The notes: generated by a model from the sequence alone, not told the origin. A stretch of DNA of 64,000 nucleotides from Alkalispirochaeta sp. (GCA_965242725.1 CBDESZ010000005.1:91577-155576); one strand, 5' to 3'. Counted from the stretch's first letter, positions 32,703 through 43,427 are shown. Numbers and translations are program-made.

Positions 32703-33863
32703 CGCGGTTTGAACCAGCTCCTCATGTAGAGCCTTCCATCCTACTACGCGGGTTCCATTTCTTTCATATGAGTCATCGCCTGCATACACTAGATATGTGG
32801 CAGGGGTATCGGCCTTTGCCAGAGTCTTCCAATAATCGAGACCGGAAAAAGCATCATTCCTGATTGTCTTCCCCGATTTGATCTCGATCCCCGATTGCTT
32901 CATTCCCGACTCAAGAATGACATCGATCTCTTTGCGATGATTGTCACGCCAGAAATAGAGGCCAAATTTCTCCCCTATGTTGAAATTGCTTTTCACTAAT
33001 TCCGTCACGACAAATGTCTCGAACAACGCCCCCTTGAGAAAATGATAATCAAGCTGATCCTTATCCCGAATCCCCAGCAAACTGCATACGAGTCCGGTAT
33101 CGGTAAAATAAATCTTCGGATTCTTCACGATCCGTTTGTTGTAGTTCTTGTGATACGGCGGAAGCCGATAGATCAGGAAACTTGCTTCCAGTATCGATAT
33201 CCATTCACGAATCGTTCCATGAACGACGCCACATTGCTCCGAGATTGATGACAGATTCAGTTCCTGTCCCGTTCTTCCCGCCAGGATACGCAAGAATTTT
33301 AGGAATCCATCGATTTTTGTTATTTGCTTGATCTGACGAATATCTTTCTCAATGTAGGTTGCGATGTAGTTTTTATAGAACGTTTCGGGACGAATATGCT
33401 GATCGTAGATTCGAGGGTAGCTACCCGCAAAAAGCAAATCTGATATATCCAGATTGAAAGTTCTCATTTCATACGCGGAGAACGGCAGTAGCCTTGTGAG
33501 ACCGACACGTCCGGCAAGTGATTGGGTAATCTGTTCCATTAGCAGAAAGTTGTGTGAACCGGTGATAATAATTCGGCCGGTCGTGTCAAGTTGATCAACG
33601 TGTGTCTGGAGATACGAAATGAGGTGGGGGACTCGTTGGATTTCATCAAAAATGACATCTGAATGAAATCGCCCCAGGAATCCTCTGGGATCGGATTTGG
33701 CAAATTCTCGATGATCGATATCCTCCAGACTCACATAATCAAAATTGGGAAACAGCTTTTTCGCGAGGGTAGTCTTGCCCGATTGTCGCGGCCCAAGGAT
33801 CGCCACGAGTGGGAACTCGGTGCTCAGCGAATGGATTTCAGCTTCTAATTGTCGATCGATCAT
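32697..33863 (-). CDS. AAA+ ATPase with DUF4143 domain
   Basis: GPRQSGKTT, FDEIQR, SLAGR, PKIYFTDTGL, EIDV...EIK. Confidence 0.92.
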   Translation of the reverse strand: MIDRQLEAEIHSLSTEFPLVAILGPRQSGKTTLAKKLFPNFDYVSLEDIDHREFAKSDPRGFLGRFHSDVIFDEIQRVPHLISYLQTHVDQLDTTGRIIITGSHNFLLMEQITQSLAGRVGLTRLLPFSAYEMRTFNLDISDLLFAGSYPRIYDQHIRPETFYKNYIATYIEKDIRQIKQITKIDGFLKFLRILAGRTGQELNLSSISEQCGVVHGTIREWISILEASFLIYRLPPYHKNYNKRIVKNPKIYFTDTGLVCSLLGIRDKDQLDYHFLKGALFETFVVTELVKSNFNIGEKFGLYFWRDNHRKEIDVILESGMKQSGIEIKSGKTIRNDAFSGLDYWKTLAKADTPATYLVYAGDDSYERNGTRVVGWKALHEELVQTAI

Positions 33864-33921
33864 GGTCTTAGCATAGTTTATATGTACAAATTGTCAATAC
33901 AAAAAAACATTTTGTACCGCG

Positions 33922-33982
33922 ATATAACGAAAGAGCTCAGTTACGTGGCGAGAGCCACGACAACTGGAGAGAAATGTTACAT
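33922..33982 (-). repeat. attC (61 bp)
   Basis: ATATAAC...CAGTTACGTGGCGAGAGCCACGACAACTG...GTTACAT; antitoxin stop lies in the inverse core. Confidence 0.88.
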
Positions 33983-34297
33983 TGCGTCCTTCCCTATACT
34001 ACCTCCGATCACATTTCTGATTTCATCTGTTTCTACGAGTTGATCGGTCACGTATTTATGAATGATTGAACTTATCAGCGTCTGATAGGGTACACCTTCT
34101 CGAGACGCCCGGAGTTTTGTCATCTCAAGATCTTGTTCCGACAATCGGAGACTGATCGCTCGAGATTTACGGGCGGTATCAAGAATTTTCTCGATTCGTT
34201 TTCGCTTTTCAGGACCGACAGACACCGTCTGATCAGCGTTGTTTTCGATTTCTCGTTCTTCGGGCGTCAAATCGAATTCGCCATTCGTTAAGTTCAT
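33977..34297 (-). CDS. Antitoxin (CopG/BrnA-like RHH)
   Basis: ISLRLSEQDL...GVPYQTLISSIIHKY; ATGA-coupled to the toxin. Confidence 0.85.
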   Translation of the reverse strand: MNLTNGEFDLTPEEREIENNADQTVSVGPEKRKRIEKILDTARKSRAISLRLSEQDLEMTKLRASREGVPYQTLISSIIHKYVTDQLVETDEIRNVIGGSIGKDAM

Positions 34298-34560
34298 ATG
34301 TTACCTCCGTAGCGTCGATGGTATTTTCGACTGGGAAAAGCCGTTTTCAGAAAGATCGTTTCTGAATCATCTATGAGGAACGGTACCACCCATGTGTAAT
34401 GACGTATCGTGAGGATGAAGTATTGCTGGTTTTCTCTGGTCGGGTTTTCGACGATGTCAAGATAGTCTCCGTCGAGAATCATTCCGGCGATCTCTTCAAA
34501 CGATATTCCCCGTTCTCGCTTGAGAACCGTATTCTTTTCCTCATCCCAGACAACATCCAT
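34294..34560 (-). CDS. BrnT-like toxin
   Basis: WDEEKNTVLKRERGISFEE...FLKTAFPSRK. Confidence 0.85.
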   Translation of the reverse strand: MDVVWDEEKNTVLKRERGISFEEIAGMILDGDYLDIVENPTRENQQYFILTIRHYTWVVPFLIDDSETIFLKTAFPSRKYHRRYGGNI

Positions 34561-34845
34561 ACGATATAATTATACTCCGATTGTATATACATTGTGAATT
34601 GGTGTATTCAACGGTTGCCGGATTGTTCGGGTGTATCACTTTGTAGTCGGGACTATCGACGTCCAGGTCTGATAAGATTTTTCTACGAAAGGTCAAATTC
34701 TTTTTATCTGGCAAAAAACCGCCGATAGGTTCTGGCTGTCGACACTTCCCGATAAGGGGAGTTTTTCGTTCAGGATCATACCGACATAGATTTTTCGTGC
34801 GGGTAAGGTATTGGGCAAAAACACATATTTCGAACCACGGATGCA

Positions 34846-34970
34846 ATGTAACGCTGAGGTCACCTGCCGGTTCCGGCCCGGAGCCGCGTAGCGGCGGAGG
34901 GATTGGCACGTGTTTTTGCGATTGCAAAAACCGTGACAAGAAAATGTTGTAGTCCACCGAATTGTTATCC
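34846..34970 (-). repeat. attC (125 bp)
   Basis: ATGTAAC...GTTATCC; 14-bp complementarity with the core at 35794-35807. Confidence 0.88.
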
Positions 34971-35098
34971 CGCCGTTTACCTTGTACGAAAGTGATTCGT
35001 TTTTAGAAACGGATGCGCCGTTCATGTCGATCGTTCATGTAAACCCGAGAATTGATAAATCGTCGCTCTGGCCAACGCAGAAGTAAAGATCGATCTCA

Positions 35099-35458
35099 TC
35101 ACACAAATTTTTCGACGGATACTTCGAATAACGTCGCGAGTTTCTTCGCCATATTTTTGCTGATCGATCGATGGCCGTTTTCCATATTCGAAATATTTTG
35201 GCGCGTCAGATTTCCGAGTTGTTCTGCCAATTGGTCCTGCGTCATCCCATGCATCTGTCGATACATCCGTACGTTTTCTCCCGGAGTTATTGTCTCCCGG
35301 ATCGACTGATACCAATCACTTTTTGTCACTTCAACTATTTCATCATCTTCGTCTTCGATGACTTCAATCTCTCCGTACTGGTCACGCAAAAATTTCACCA
35401 GCGATCCGCCGATTTCTCCTTCAAGTCTAATATGGGGCTTTTTCACGACTACCTGCAT
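35099..35458 (-). CDS. XRE/HTH antitoxin (HigA-like)
   Basis: GMTQDQLAEQLG...ISNMENGHRSIS; GAGG RBS before MQVVVKKP. Confidence 0.88.
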   Translation of the reverse strand: MQVVVKKPHIRLEGEIGGSLVKFLRDQYGEIEVIEDEDDEIVEVTKSDWYQSIRETITPGENVRMYRQMHGMTQDQLAEQLGNLTRQNISNMENGHRSISKNMAKKLATLFEVSVEKFV

Positions 35459-35711
35459 AGTACACCTCGATTTCCATTTCTCCATTTTCCACGCGCCAAC
35501 ATGCCACCCATGAATAGGAGAGATGGCAATGGTATTCTCGATCGGATAGCTTGCTGAAATTCCGCCATTCGGTTCGTATTGGTCCTTTTCTGATCAGATC
35601 CTCGACCAAATTGGCGAACAAGACTTGTTCTTTCCGCGGCATCTTTCCGATTTGTTTTTCTACCTTTCGGCGGAAGAAGACGCGCCAGGTTTCGTTCGGA
35701 TCTTCAGTCAT
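35427..35711 (-). CDS. RelE-fold toxin (HigB-like)
   Basis: WRNFSKL...YHCHLSYSWVACW...EVYYAGSREKAPY; upstream of the HTH gene. Confidence 0.8.
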   Translation of the reverse strand: MTEDPNETWRVFFRRKVEKQIGKMPRKEQVLFANLVEDLIRKGPIRTEWRNFSKLSDREYHCHLSYSWVACWRVENGEMEIEVYYAGSREKAPY

Positions 35712-35800
35712 GGTCCGGTGTTCCGATTTCAAGTCCGATCTTCACCATGCAATAATTGTAACCATATACTGGTTATTTATCAACCTCACCTTCAACGGCG

Positions 35801-35861
35801 GGATAACGACAGAGCTCAGTTGCGTGGCGAGAGCCACGACAACTGAAGTGACGTGTTATCT
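35801..35861 (-). repeat. attC (61 bp)
   Basis: Close to 33922-33982 in sequence; inverse core complements the core at 39354-39364. Confidence 0.88.
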
Positions 35862-35875
35862 GCCTGACGTCCTGC

Positions 35876-36302
35876 CTACCGATATTTTTCTTCAATCTGG
35901 CTTCGAAAAGACCGTGCAAGTCCCGGACTTTTTTCTAGGATTTCCATTATCGCTTTCGGATCTATTTCAAAGCTGTATGCATGTCGAATGAAGTGGCGAA
36001 ACGCCAAGAATCCGAGCAGATTCGATCGGGTTGTATTGTCGATCAGGGATTGTTTCTCGGCGAGTTCAAGAAGAGCCGTATGCCAATTATTGCCCGACGG
36101 GATCGGAATGGTTTGATCTTTTATGGCAAACTCGATCACCTTCTCGATGCCATTATAGTATTGTCGACAAGGAGAGTGCGGCCGCTCGAATTTCGATGTC
36201 GTCGAGTGGATTCTGATTCGATTTTCGGAGCAGCAAGTCTATCAAGTCCAATTCACGATTAATATTTTCAAACTCGCCATGAATTGCCGCCTTGTAGTCC
36301 AT
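35876..36302 (-). pseudogene. HEPN (HepT-like) RNase toxin with a 1-nt frameshift near 36160
   Basis: MDYKAAIH...AAALSLSTI / YNGIEKVIEF...FRHFIRHAY (RX4HXY). Confidence 0.8.
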
Positions 36303-36303
36303 C

Positions 36304-36600
36304 TTACGCGACCCGTTTGACATGTGGGTTGGAAAGTATTTGGCGACCGAAATTCACCTGCAAATCAAGATCGACAAGATCAACCGGTCTGGAGGACCGA
36401 TTCAATACCTCGCCGTAAATCGCGAAAAATTTGTTGGCGGGTATACCGCGAACGGCGAAGTCCAAATCCGAGGTCTCCGACGCATGATCTTCCGCAGCGG
36501 AACCGAAGAGATAGATTTCGGAACACCCAATAGACTTCAGGTAGTTGGTAATGATTTCGATATCATCTGCGATTGAATTAAGGGCGGCATTCCTTTCCAT
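36304..36600 (-). CDS. Minimal nucleotidyltransferase (MntA-like antitoxin)
   Basis: LFGS-X10-DLD motif, VDLVDL. Confidence 0.9.
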   Translation of the reverse strand: MERNAALNSIADDIEIITNYLKSIGCSEIYLFGSAAEDHASETSDLDFAVRGIPANKFFAIYGEVLNRSSRPVDLVDLDLQVNFGRQILSNPHVKRVA

Positions 36601-36717
36601 GTATTTCAGTATACATGGAAAAGAAAGCAGGATTGAATGGTTTGTCAAGGGCCGCGTAATTCCCCACCCCAGGGCCATCCATATTCCCCAGTGAAAATAA
36701 GGGTATCCGGGGGGGTG

Positions 36718-37488
36718 TCACGATTTTGGCGGAGCTGATTTTGAGGTGTGGGAGCCGTGTACTTCCTTCCGGTACGAGCGCCCTTTCGAAGTAATGAGTT
36801 TAATCGCTCCCGAGACCATGCGGTCGAGAATAGCACCACCAACGATGGGATCGGGAAAGATGCTGTACCAGTCCTGCGGCGGTCTGTTGGAAGTGAGAAT
36901 GGTCGAGGAGATACCGTTCCGTTCTTCGGCGATGATGTACAGCATCTCCGCCTCATGCTGATCAAGAGAGCGGAAGGCGAAATCATCGAGGATGAGGACA
37001 TCCACGGAACACGCTTTCTTGAGCATCCGTCGTTGCCGATCAGGTGAAGCGGTAAGGAGGCTGGAAAGCAGCCGCTGAGTGCTGCGGAACAGCACGGTGA
37101 ATCCCTGGCGGCATGCCTCGTGGCCGATCGCTTTCACAATGAACGTCTTCCCGATTCCGGGAGGACCGGCAATAACGAGGTTGGTGTGCTGCTGGATAAA
37201 CCGGCATGATGCCAGGTCGCGGATCGTTGCCGCCGGAAAGACTTCATCATTGAAACGGAAATCGAAGCGATCGAAGGTTTCCCGGGTTCCCAGGGATGCC
37301 TGACTCAACCGTTTGGTGAAGTTGTTCGCCTCCCGGTTTGCCAGTTCGTCGTGGAGAACCAGAGCGAGGAACTCGAGATAACCGAGGCTCTGCTCTTGAG
37401 CCTCAATCAACCGGTGATCAAGCTGCTGGTACGCTCCGGGCATGCGTAGTCGTTTAAGTTCGTGTTCAATTTCGTGAGCCTGCTGCAT
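36718..37488 (-). CDS. istB: IS21 helper ATPase IstB
   Basis: GPPGIGKT, LILDDF, TSNRP...AILDR. Confidence 0.93.
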   Translation of the reverse strand: MQQAHEIEHELKRLRMPGAYQQLDHRLIEAQEQSLGYLEFLALVLHDELANREANNFTKRLSQASLGTRETFDRFDFRFNDEVFPAATIRDLASCRFIQQHTNLVIAGPPGIGKTFIVKAIGHEACRQGFTVLFRSTQRLLSSLLTASPDRQRRMLKKACSVDVLILDDFAFRSLDQHEAEMLYIIAEERNGISSTILTSNRPPQDWYSIFPDPIVGGAILDRMVSGAIKLITSKGRSYRKEVHGSHTSKSAPPKS

Positions 37489-39079
37489 CGAGTTCCTCCT
37501 GAAGGTCAAAGAAATAGGTGATATCCCGTGCCATCGTCATATCGACAGCGGGCGTGGTAGAGAGTGTTCCTCGCCTGCCGGCGGTCCTGTCTAGTTCAAA
37601 CAATGCTTTGAACGTTTTGGGAACGACGATCCGGCGGCGCAGTGCGGTGAGGCAGTGAGTATCAAAGTCCGGATGTTCGCGGAATTCATCCATAACACGG
37701 AGTAGTCCCTGAGCCTGACGGGCGTTGAGATACGCGTGAGGCGCCAGGATTGCGGAAATCAGATCCCGGGCTGCACTCCCGTACGAATTCGCGCGCTGGA
37801 GAAGGTGTTGTGGATAGGACCCGTCCATCATCGCCTGTTTTTCCGCCGGAAAGTCGCTGGTGAAGTAATACACCCGCGTTCCCGGCTCATATGGATAGAT
37901 GCGGATACGCTCCGGGCCATGAAAAATCTCGATCAGGCGCCTGGTAGCGCGTACCGCCACCTGTTTTCCCCGGTATTTCGCCGGAACGGCAAAGCGCATC
38001 TTGTGGTAGCTCAGAAAGCCATCACCCTTGTGAACTTTCGGATAGGCCCAGGAAGCCGGCTCGAATCGCGATTCCGGGAGCGGTTTGAGTGCATTTTGCT
38101 CGGCCACAAACGCTTCCTCAGGTGGAATACGAGTCGTTCCATGCGGTTCCGTACCGTATTCGTCGACACACCATTGAAGCATGTAGCGGTTCATTTCCGT
38201 GAGGGTCGCGGTGGGATGGACTGCTCTGATGACACGATACGCTTCCCTGACAACCGGAATAATCCGCTCGACCTTCCCTTTATCTGTTGCCGTCACTACC
38301 CGAGCGGTATTCACAAAGGTTCCGTAATACTCAGCCACTTCTGCCAGAGACCGGTTCAGCTGCGGGTCCCAGAGGTCCGGTTTAATCACCGCAGCCTTCA
38401 GGTTATCCACCGTGAGAAACTCGGTGACACCGCCGTAGAAATGGAATATCTCAACCACGCTCTCCGCAAAGCTCTGTTCGCTCTGGCTGGTGACCAATTG
38501 GACAAAGGGCTTGCGAGAGTGAGCAAGAATTGCACAGAAGGCGTAGATCGTGCGATTCCGCCCATCCACGGCCAGAAGCCCCATGGTGCCGTAATCAAGT
38601 TGGACCTCCCGACCCGGCGGTAACTCAATACGGATATACGTCTTCTTTGCAACCTCCATTAAACCGTGTTCCCGGGCGAACCGTTTGAACGACGAGTATC
38701 CGATGGAGAGGTTATGGCGCCGGAGGATCACCCGATATGCCGATTTCGGGCGCATCGGTTTTTCGATTTTCCCGTTCTCATCTTTGGACGGAGCGATCAG
38801 TTCGCGCAGTTCATCAAGATGATCAATAAGCTGATCCCTCGCCGGTGTAGACTTCTCACGCGGCTGATCGGCAAGATCTCCTGCCCGTCTCTGAAACGCA
38901 TCCCGGCTGACTGCCAATTCTGCCGGCAGTAGTGACCGCTCCGAGAGAATCCTGATGTATTTCCCGATCGTCTTGCGATCCCATCCAGTGTGTATGGCGA
39001 TCGCGCTTTTGCTTTCTCCGGCGATGGCGCGACGGTATACCTCATAGAGGTGATCAATCTTCAGCATACGGTATCCCAT
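37466..39079 (-). CDS. istA: IS21 transposase IstA
   Basis: PPGREVQLDYG, DNLKAAV, DKGKVER. Confidence 0.93.
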   Translation of the reverse strand: MGYRMLKIDHLYEVYRRAIAGESKSAIAIHTGWDRKTIGKYIRILSERSLLPAELAVSRDAFQRRAGDLADQPREKSTPARDQLIDHLDELRELIAPSKDENGKIEKPMRPKSAYRVILRRHNLSIGYSSFKRFAREHGLMEVAKKTYIRIELPPGREVQLDYGTMGLLAVDGRNRTIYAFCAILAHSRKPFVQLVTSQSEQSFAESVVEIFHFYGGVTEFLTVDNLKAAVIKPDLWDPQLNRSLAEVAEYYGTFVNTARVVTATDKGKVERIIPVVREAYRVIRAVHPTATLTEMNRYMLQWCVDEYGTEPHGTTRIPPEEAFVAEQNALKPLPESRFEPASWAYPKVHKGDGFLSYHKMRFAVPAKYRGKQVAVRATRRLIEIFHGPERIRIYPYEPGTRVYYFTSDFPAEKQAMMDGSYPQHLLQRANSYGSAARDLISAILAPHAYLNARQAQGLLRVMDEFREHPDFDTHCLTALRRRIVVPKTFKALFELDRTAGRRGTLSTTPAVDMTMARDITYFFDLQEELDAAGSRN

Positions 39080-39435
39080 GACCCACAGTCCTCCTGCGCA
39101 TCAGGGTACCGGTATCACCCCATCAGGTGGGGAATATGGATGGCCCTATTGCGGAAAAACTGGGGAATATAAATGGCCCCGTGGGGCTCGGCGGGTGGGG
39201 AATATCCATGGCCCCAACGCCAAATTTATGGGGATTATGCCTGGCCCGCGACATGGTTCTCTTGTCAGATATCGATTATTCAGGCTTTACGTTGTAGAAC
39301 CCTCGGAATACTTTCTCGCATCGATTCCTGTACCTGTGATTTTTCGCAACGGAAGGCAGATAACGAGGCTGTAGAAAAAGTACCACGAATTGGTCCCAGA
39401 CGGTAGAATGGAGAAACGTCCGGCGGGAGGGGCTG

Positions 39436-40992
39436 ATGGCACGGTTTCGTGAGTACTCGTATGACCAGACTATGATGTTACCGGTGGCGCTGGGGCGGCA
39501 GCTGCAGCCAGGAAGTTTCGAACACGCCGTCAATCATCTCGTAGACCATTGCATCGATCGAACGGTCTTTGAAGAGCGCTATACAAATGACGACACCGGC
39601 GCCCCCGTCATCGATCCAACGATTCTTCTGAAAATCATCCTGTTCGCCTACTCCCGAGGTATCCTCTCAAGTCGGGCAATTGCCCGGGCATGCGAGGAAA
39701 ATGTCATCTTTATGGCGCTCTCAGCGGACACCCGCCCCCACTTCACCACGATCGCCAACTTCATCTCTTCGATGGACGGTGTTATTGCTCCGTTGTTTCG
39801 AGATGTGCTCACCGTTTGCTACACCGAGGGTCTCATCGGCCGGCAGATGTTCGCCATCGACGGCTGCAAGATCTCCTCGAACTGTGCCAAAGAGTGGAGC
39901 GGAACGAAAAAGGAGCTTCTGAAGAAGGCGGAGACGATCGAGCGGTCAATAGAAGCGTTGGTGGCACGCCACCGGGAAGAGGACGAGAAGCAGATTCGTT
40001 CTGAGAGCAGAGAGAGTGAAGAGCAAAAGATCGCGACATTGAAAAAGAAGGCGGAAAAGATCATCTCTTGGACCTGTGAGAACGAAGACCGGATCGGTCG
40101 GCGGGGTAAGCCGGTGAAAAGCAACCTCACCGACAACGAAAGCGCCAAGCTGGTGAGCTCTCACGGAGTCATCCAGGGCTACAATGGTATAGCCACCGTG
40201 GACGCCACGCATCAGATCGTGGTGGATGCCCAAGCCTTCGGAGACGTCCATGAGGCCGCTCATGTCAAAGAGATCATCAAGTCGGTGGAAGCCACTTTTT
40301 CCTTCATGGATCCCGGCAAGAAGCCCTTCGACTCGGTAGTCGTTACCGCCGACAGCGGCTTTAACAGCGAAGAGGCCACAGCCGCGGTACTGGATGCCGG
40401 TATTGATGCGTACATCGCGGATCCGCGATTTCGAAAACGGGATCCTCGCTTCGTCAATCAACAGGAGCATAAGGCAAAGACCACCGACCGGAAGCAAACT
40501 TCCAAGGCGCGAAAATACTTCACTGCTGACGAGTTCACCTTCAATGATGAGGGAGTTCTCGTCTGTCCGGCAGGCAAACCGATGAAGAGTAGTTGTCCGA
40601 ACTGGAAGGACAAAAAGGGCTACACCGGCCGAACCTTCAAGGGGTATCCGGTGCACTGCGGCGATTGCCCGTTGCGAGGCCAGTGCCTCCGAAGCCCCAA
40701 CTCACCGGTCCGGCAGGTGACCAAGACCGATCGAGGTCTGCGACACAACACGAAGAGCGCCGTCGCGCGGATGATCGAGCGCTTCGATACCGAGCGAGGC
40801 CGCCACTACTATTCAAAACGAATGGGAACCGTGGAACCGGTCTTCGGAAACACCAGAGCCGCGCTCGGTTTGGACCGTTTTACGCTCCGCGGTCGTCGGA
40901 AGGTGGACGCGCAATGGAAGCTCTACTGCATCGTACACAACATCGGAAAGCTAGCCCGATACGGACCGTCGTTCGCCAGCGCAACCGGCTAA
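39436..40992 (+). CDS. IS1182-family transposase
   Basis: LLKIILFAY...SSRAI, PHFTTIANF, IDGCK, ADSGF, VEPVFG. Confidence 0.93.
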   Translation: MARFREYSYDQTMMLPVALGRQLQPGSFEHAVNHLVDHCIDRTVFEERYTNDDTGAPVIDPTILLKIILFAYSRGILSSRAIARACEENVIFMALSADTRPHFTTIANFISSMDGVIAPLFRDVLTVCYTEGLIGRQMFAIDGCKISSNCAKEWSGTKKELLKKAETIERSIEALVARHREEDEKQIRSESRESEEQKIATLKKKAEKIISWTCENEDRIGRRGKPVKSNLTDNESAKLVSSHGVIQGYNGIATVDATHQIVVDAQAFGDVHEAAHVKEIIKSVEATFSFMDPGKKPFDSVVVTADSGFNSEEATAAVLDAGIDAYIADPRFRKRDPRFVNQQEHKAKTTDRKQTSKARKYFTADEFTFNDEGVLVCPAGKPMKSSCPNWKDKKGYTGRTFKGYPVHCGDCPLRGQCLRSPNSPVRQVTKTDRGLRHNTKSAVARMIERFDTERGRHYYSKRMGTVEPVFGNTRAALGLDRFTLRGRRKVDAQWKLYCIVHNIGKLARYGPSFASATG

Positions 40993-41127
40993 ACGAGAAC
41001 GGCTGGAACGATAGCTCCCCAGGGTGTGTACTCCGGTGATTTCGGACAGGGATTCCGGGCGAAAACGGACAGCTGCCTGAAGGAACAAAATCCTCGCCAT
41101 CACTCATAACAGCTGTCCGTTTTCAGG

Positions 41128-41877
41128 TCAATCTACCGCATAGAGTTTCCTCCTCACCGTGTCGCCGGTGATCTCAATTCGGTGAGAATGAAATGCAAGC
41201 CGATCCATGATTGCGTCGGCGATCGTCGGGTCGCCTATGAGGGCATGCCAGTTCTCTACCGGTTGCTGAGAGATGATCATTGTTGATTTCCGTCGGTGCC
41301 GGTCCTCAAGGATTTCAAGGAGAGCCATTCGAGAGGTATGGTTGAGCGGCTCCAGGCCGAAGTCGTCGATGAGCAGTAATGCGCTCTTCATGATTCGTGT
41401 CAGATGTTTCAGGTATGTTCCATCCGCCTTGGCCGCTTCGATTTCGTTGAACAGGCGAGATGCGGAAAAGTACGCCACGGAATGGCCGTGCTGGCACGCC
41501 TGATGCCCGAAGGCTGATCCGAGAAAGCTTTTTCCACAACCGGTTGGACCGGTGATGAGAAGATCCTGCCCCCGGGATATCCACGAGCAGTCGGCGAGCC
41601 GAAGAATCTGGTTCTTGTCCAGATTCCGATCCAGGGTGTAGTCGATATCTTCCAATGCAGCCTGGTAGCGGAACCGGGCAGCCCGGGTAAGCCGATCGAG
41701 CCGTCGGTTGTGCTTCTCATCCCATTCGGCGTCGATCAGGTACGTGATCGTCTCGTCGATGGTGAGATCCATGGTTTTTCCGGTTTCCTGAAGCGTGCGA
41801 AACGCCTGGGCCATTCCATGCAGGCGCATCTCGGTCATTCTGTTGATCGTTGCCTGATTATTGTTCATGGTGCTCAT
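41128..41877 (-). CDS. istB: IS21 helper ATPase IstB
   Basis: GPTGCGKS, LLIDDFG, DPTIADAIMDRL. Confidence 0.93.
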   Translation of the reverse strand: MSTMNNNQATINRMTEMRLHGMAQAFRTLQETGKTMDLTIDETITYLIDAEWDEKHNRRLDRLTRAARFRYQAALEDIDYTLDRNLDKNQILRLADCSWISRGQDLLITGPTGCGKSFLGSAFGHQACQHGHSVAYFSASRLFNEIEAAKADGTYLKHLTRIMKSALLLIDDFGLEPLNHTSRMALLEILEDRHRRKSTMIISQQPVENWHALIGDPTIADAIMDRLAFHSHRIEITGDTVRRKLYAVD

Positions 41878-41879
41878 CC

Positions 41880-43427
41880 TTACTTGTAGATTGCCGAATC
41901 ACGCAGATTCTTGTGGTCGGTGAAAAGAAGTACCCGATCATCCTCGTGATCATCCTTCTCCTGGCGCAAAATCTCGTCCAGATACCCACGGACATCCCGA
42001 TAGCTGATTCTGGAGTAGTTAAGGGCTCGTCGACAGGCCAAGTTCAGTCGATCTGAACCGACTTCCTGTGCCATATTCAGCACCCCAAGACAGGACTTGT
42101 ATGCCTGTTGCTCATGGGGTTTATCGCTCAGGAGCCGAGAAATCACCAGGAACGTCTCTTCTCCGATGGAATTGGCCCAGGAGGTGAACTTTTCGGCAGA
42201 CCAGGATTGAAAAAACCGGTGGTGCTTGGGCATGTGCTCGGCTTTTGTCGTGTACTGCCCTTTTTTCCGGCTGCGCCGGTGCTGGGCAACGCGTACGTTG
42301 TCGTGATATACCGCGACGATACGCTCATCGAAGATCACCTTTACCTGCACACCCTTCAACTGCCAGGGAACGGAGTAGTAGTGCTTATCTTCCGACAGGA
42401 TAAAGTGATAGTCCGGTGCAACCTTGTGGTTCTCGAAGGATTTCATCGGATACGGCGCGCTGGGCAGCGTCTTCAGCGCCGATCGTTCGATCTCCTCAAA
42501 CAACTGCCGTCGAGAGATTTGCAGCTTGGTCAATTCTCGAGTATTGTGGGTCTCAAGGCGTTCGGCGATGGCCTGGTTGAGCTCAGCCAACGAATGGAAC
42601 GTCCTGCCGTACAGCGGGGCGAAAATCCGCTGGTAGGTTAATTTGACGGTGTTCTCCGCCAGGGCCTTGTCTTTTGGTTTGTATGCCCTGGCGGGAATAA
42701 CCGTCGTTCGGTAATACTCGGCAAAATCGTCGAACAGCGGATTGATTTCCGGTTCGTATTTGCTTGCCTTGAGCACGGCCGCCTTCAGATTATCCGGTAC
42801 CAGAGCGCGGGGAACTCCGTCGAAATAGCGCAACGCCCGCTCGGTTGAACGGAGAAACGCTTCCTGTTTCTGGCTCTCGTCAGCTTCGACATACGCGAGT
42901 TGGCTTGCTCCGAGTACCGCAACGAATACCTCTGCCTGCTGTTCTTCGCCGTCTCGATAGTACGGGAAGGTCTCACCGGCGTAATCGATGTAGGCCATGT
43001 CTCCCGGTTCGTGAGGTTGCCGCATGGTGACCTCGCCGGATTCCAGGAACATGCCAAAGTGGTGACAGAACTGGCTGTAGCGATACCCGTCGGGGTGCTG
43101 CGTCCGGTACTCCTCCCACAACAGCTGCTTGGTCATTCCCCGGCGCTTTAACCGTTTTGCGTATTCCGGGAAGAGCGCCATCACCTGCGTGTACTGCTCG
43201 CTTTCTTCCTGCTTTTTCTCTTCGAACAGGCCAAGCAGTTCGTCATCGGTGAGCTCAAGGCTCTTCTCAAAGCTGATTCCGGTGCGTCTGAATCGCACCA
43301 GGTATTCACTGATCGTCGTCTTCGATACTCCGGTGAGTCGCGATACGTCCCGAAGCCCCAGTTTGCTCTCGTAGGTGAGCGCAAGCAATTTGCGCATGTG
43401 TTTCACAGGTATCCTCTCTCTCGGCAT
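41880..43427 (-). CDS. istA: IS21 transposase IstA
   Basis: IDYAG, VPDNLKAAV, PKDKALAEN. Confidence 0.93.
   Translation of the reverse strand: MPRERIPVKHMRKLLALTYESKLGLRDVSRLTGVSKTTISEYLVRFRRTGISFEKSLELTDDELLGLFEEKKQEESEQYTQVMALFPEYAKRLKRRGMTKQLLWEEYRTQHPDGYRYSQFCHHFGMFLESGEVTMRQPHEPGDMAYIDYAGETFPYYRDGEEQQAEVFVAVLGASQLAYVEADESQKQEAFLRSTERALRYFDGVPRALVPDNLKAAVLKASKYEPEINPLFDDFAEYYRTTVIPARAYKPKDKALAENTVKLTYQRIFAPLYGRTFHSLAELNQAIAERLETHNTRELTKLQISRRQLFEEIERSALKTLPSAPYPMKSFENHKVAPDYHFILSEDKHYYSVPWQLKGVQVKVIFDERIVAVYHDNVRVAQHRRSRKKGQYTTKAEHMPKHHRFFQSWSAEKFTSWANSIGEETFLVISRLLSDKPHEQQAYKSCLGVLNMAQEVGSDRLNLACRRALNYSRISYRDVRGYLDEILRQEKDDHEDDRVLLFTDHKNLRDSAIYK

Larger units (their letters stand above)
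36643..39253 (-). mobile_element. IS21-family element #1
   Basis: TGTC...GACA ends, internal GGGGAATAT..ATGGCC repeats, 5-bp TSD TGGTT. Confidence 0.92.

Noticed and set aside
39129..39240. Short direct repeats GGGGAATAT..ATGGCC suggesting a CRISPR
   Set aside because: These are IS21 terminal transposase-binding repeats; spacing too short and no cas genes
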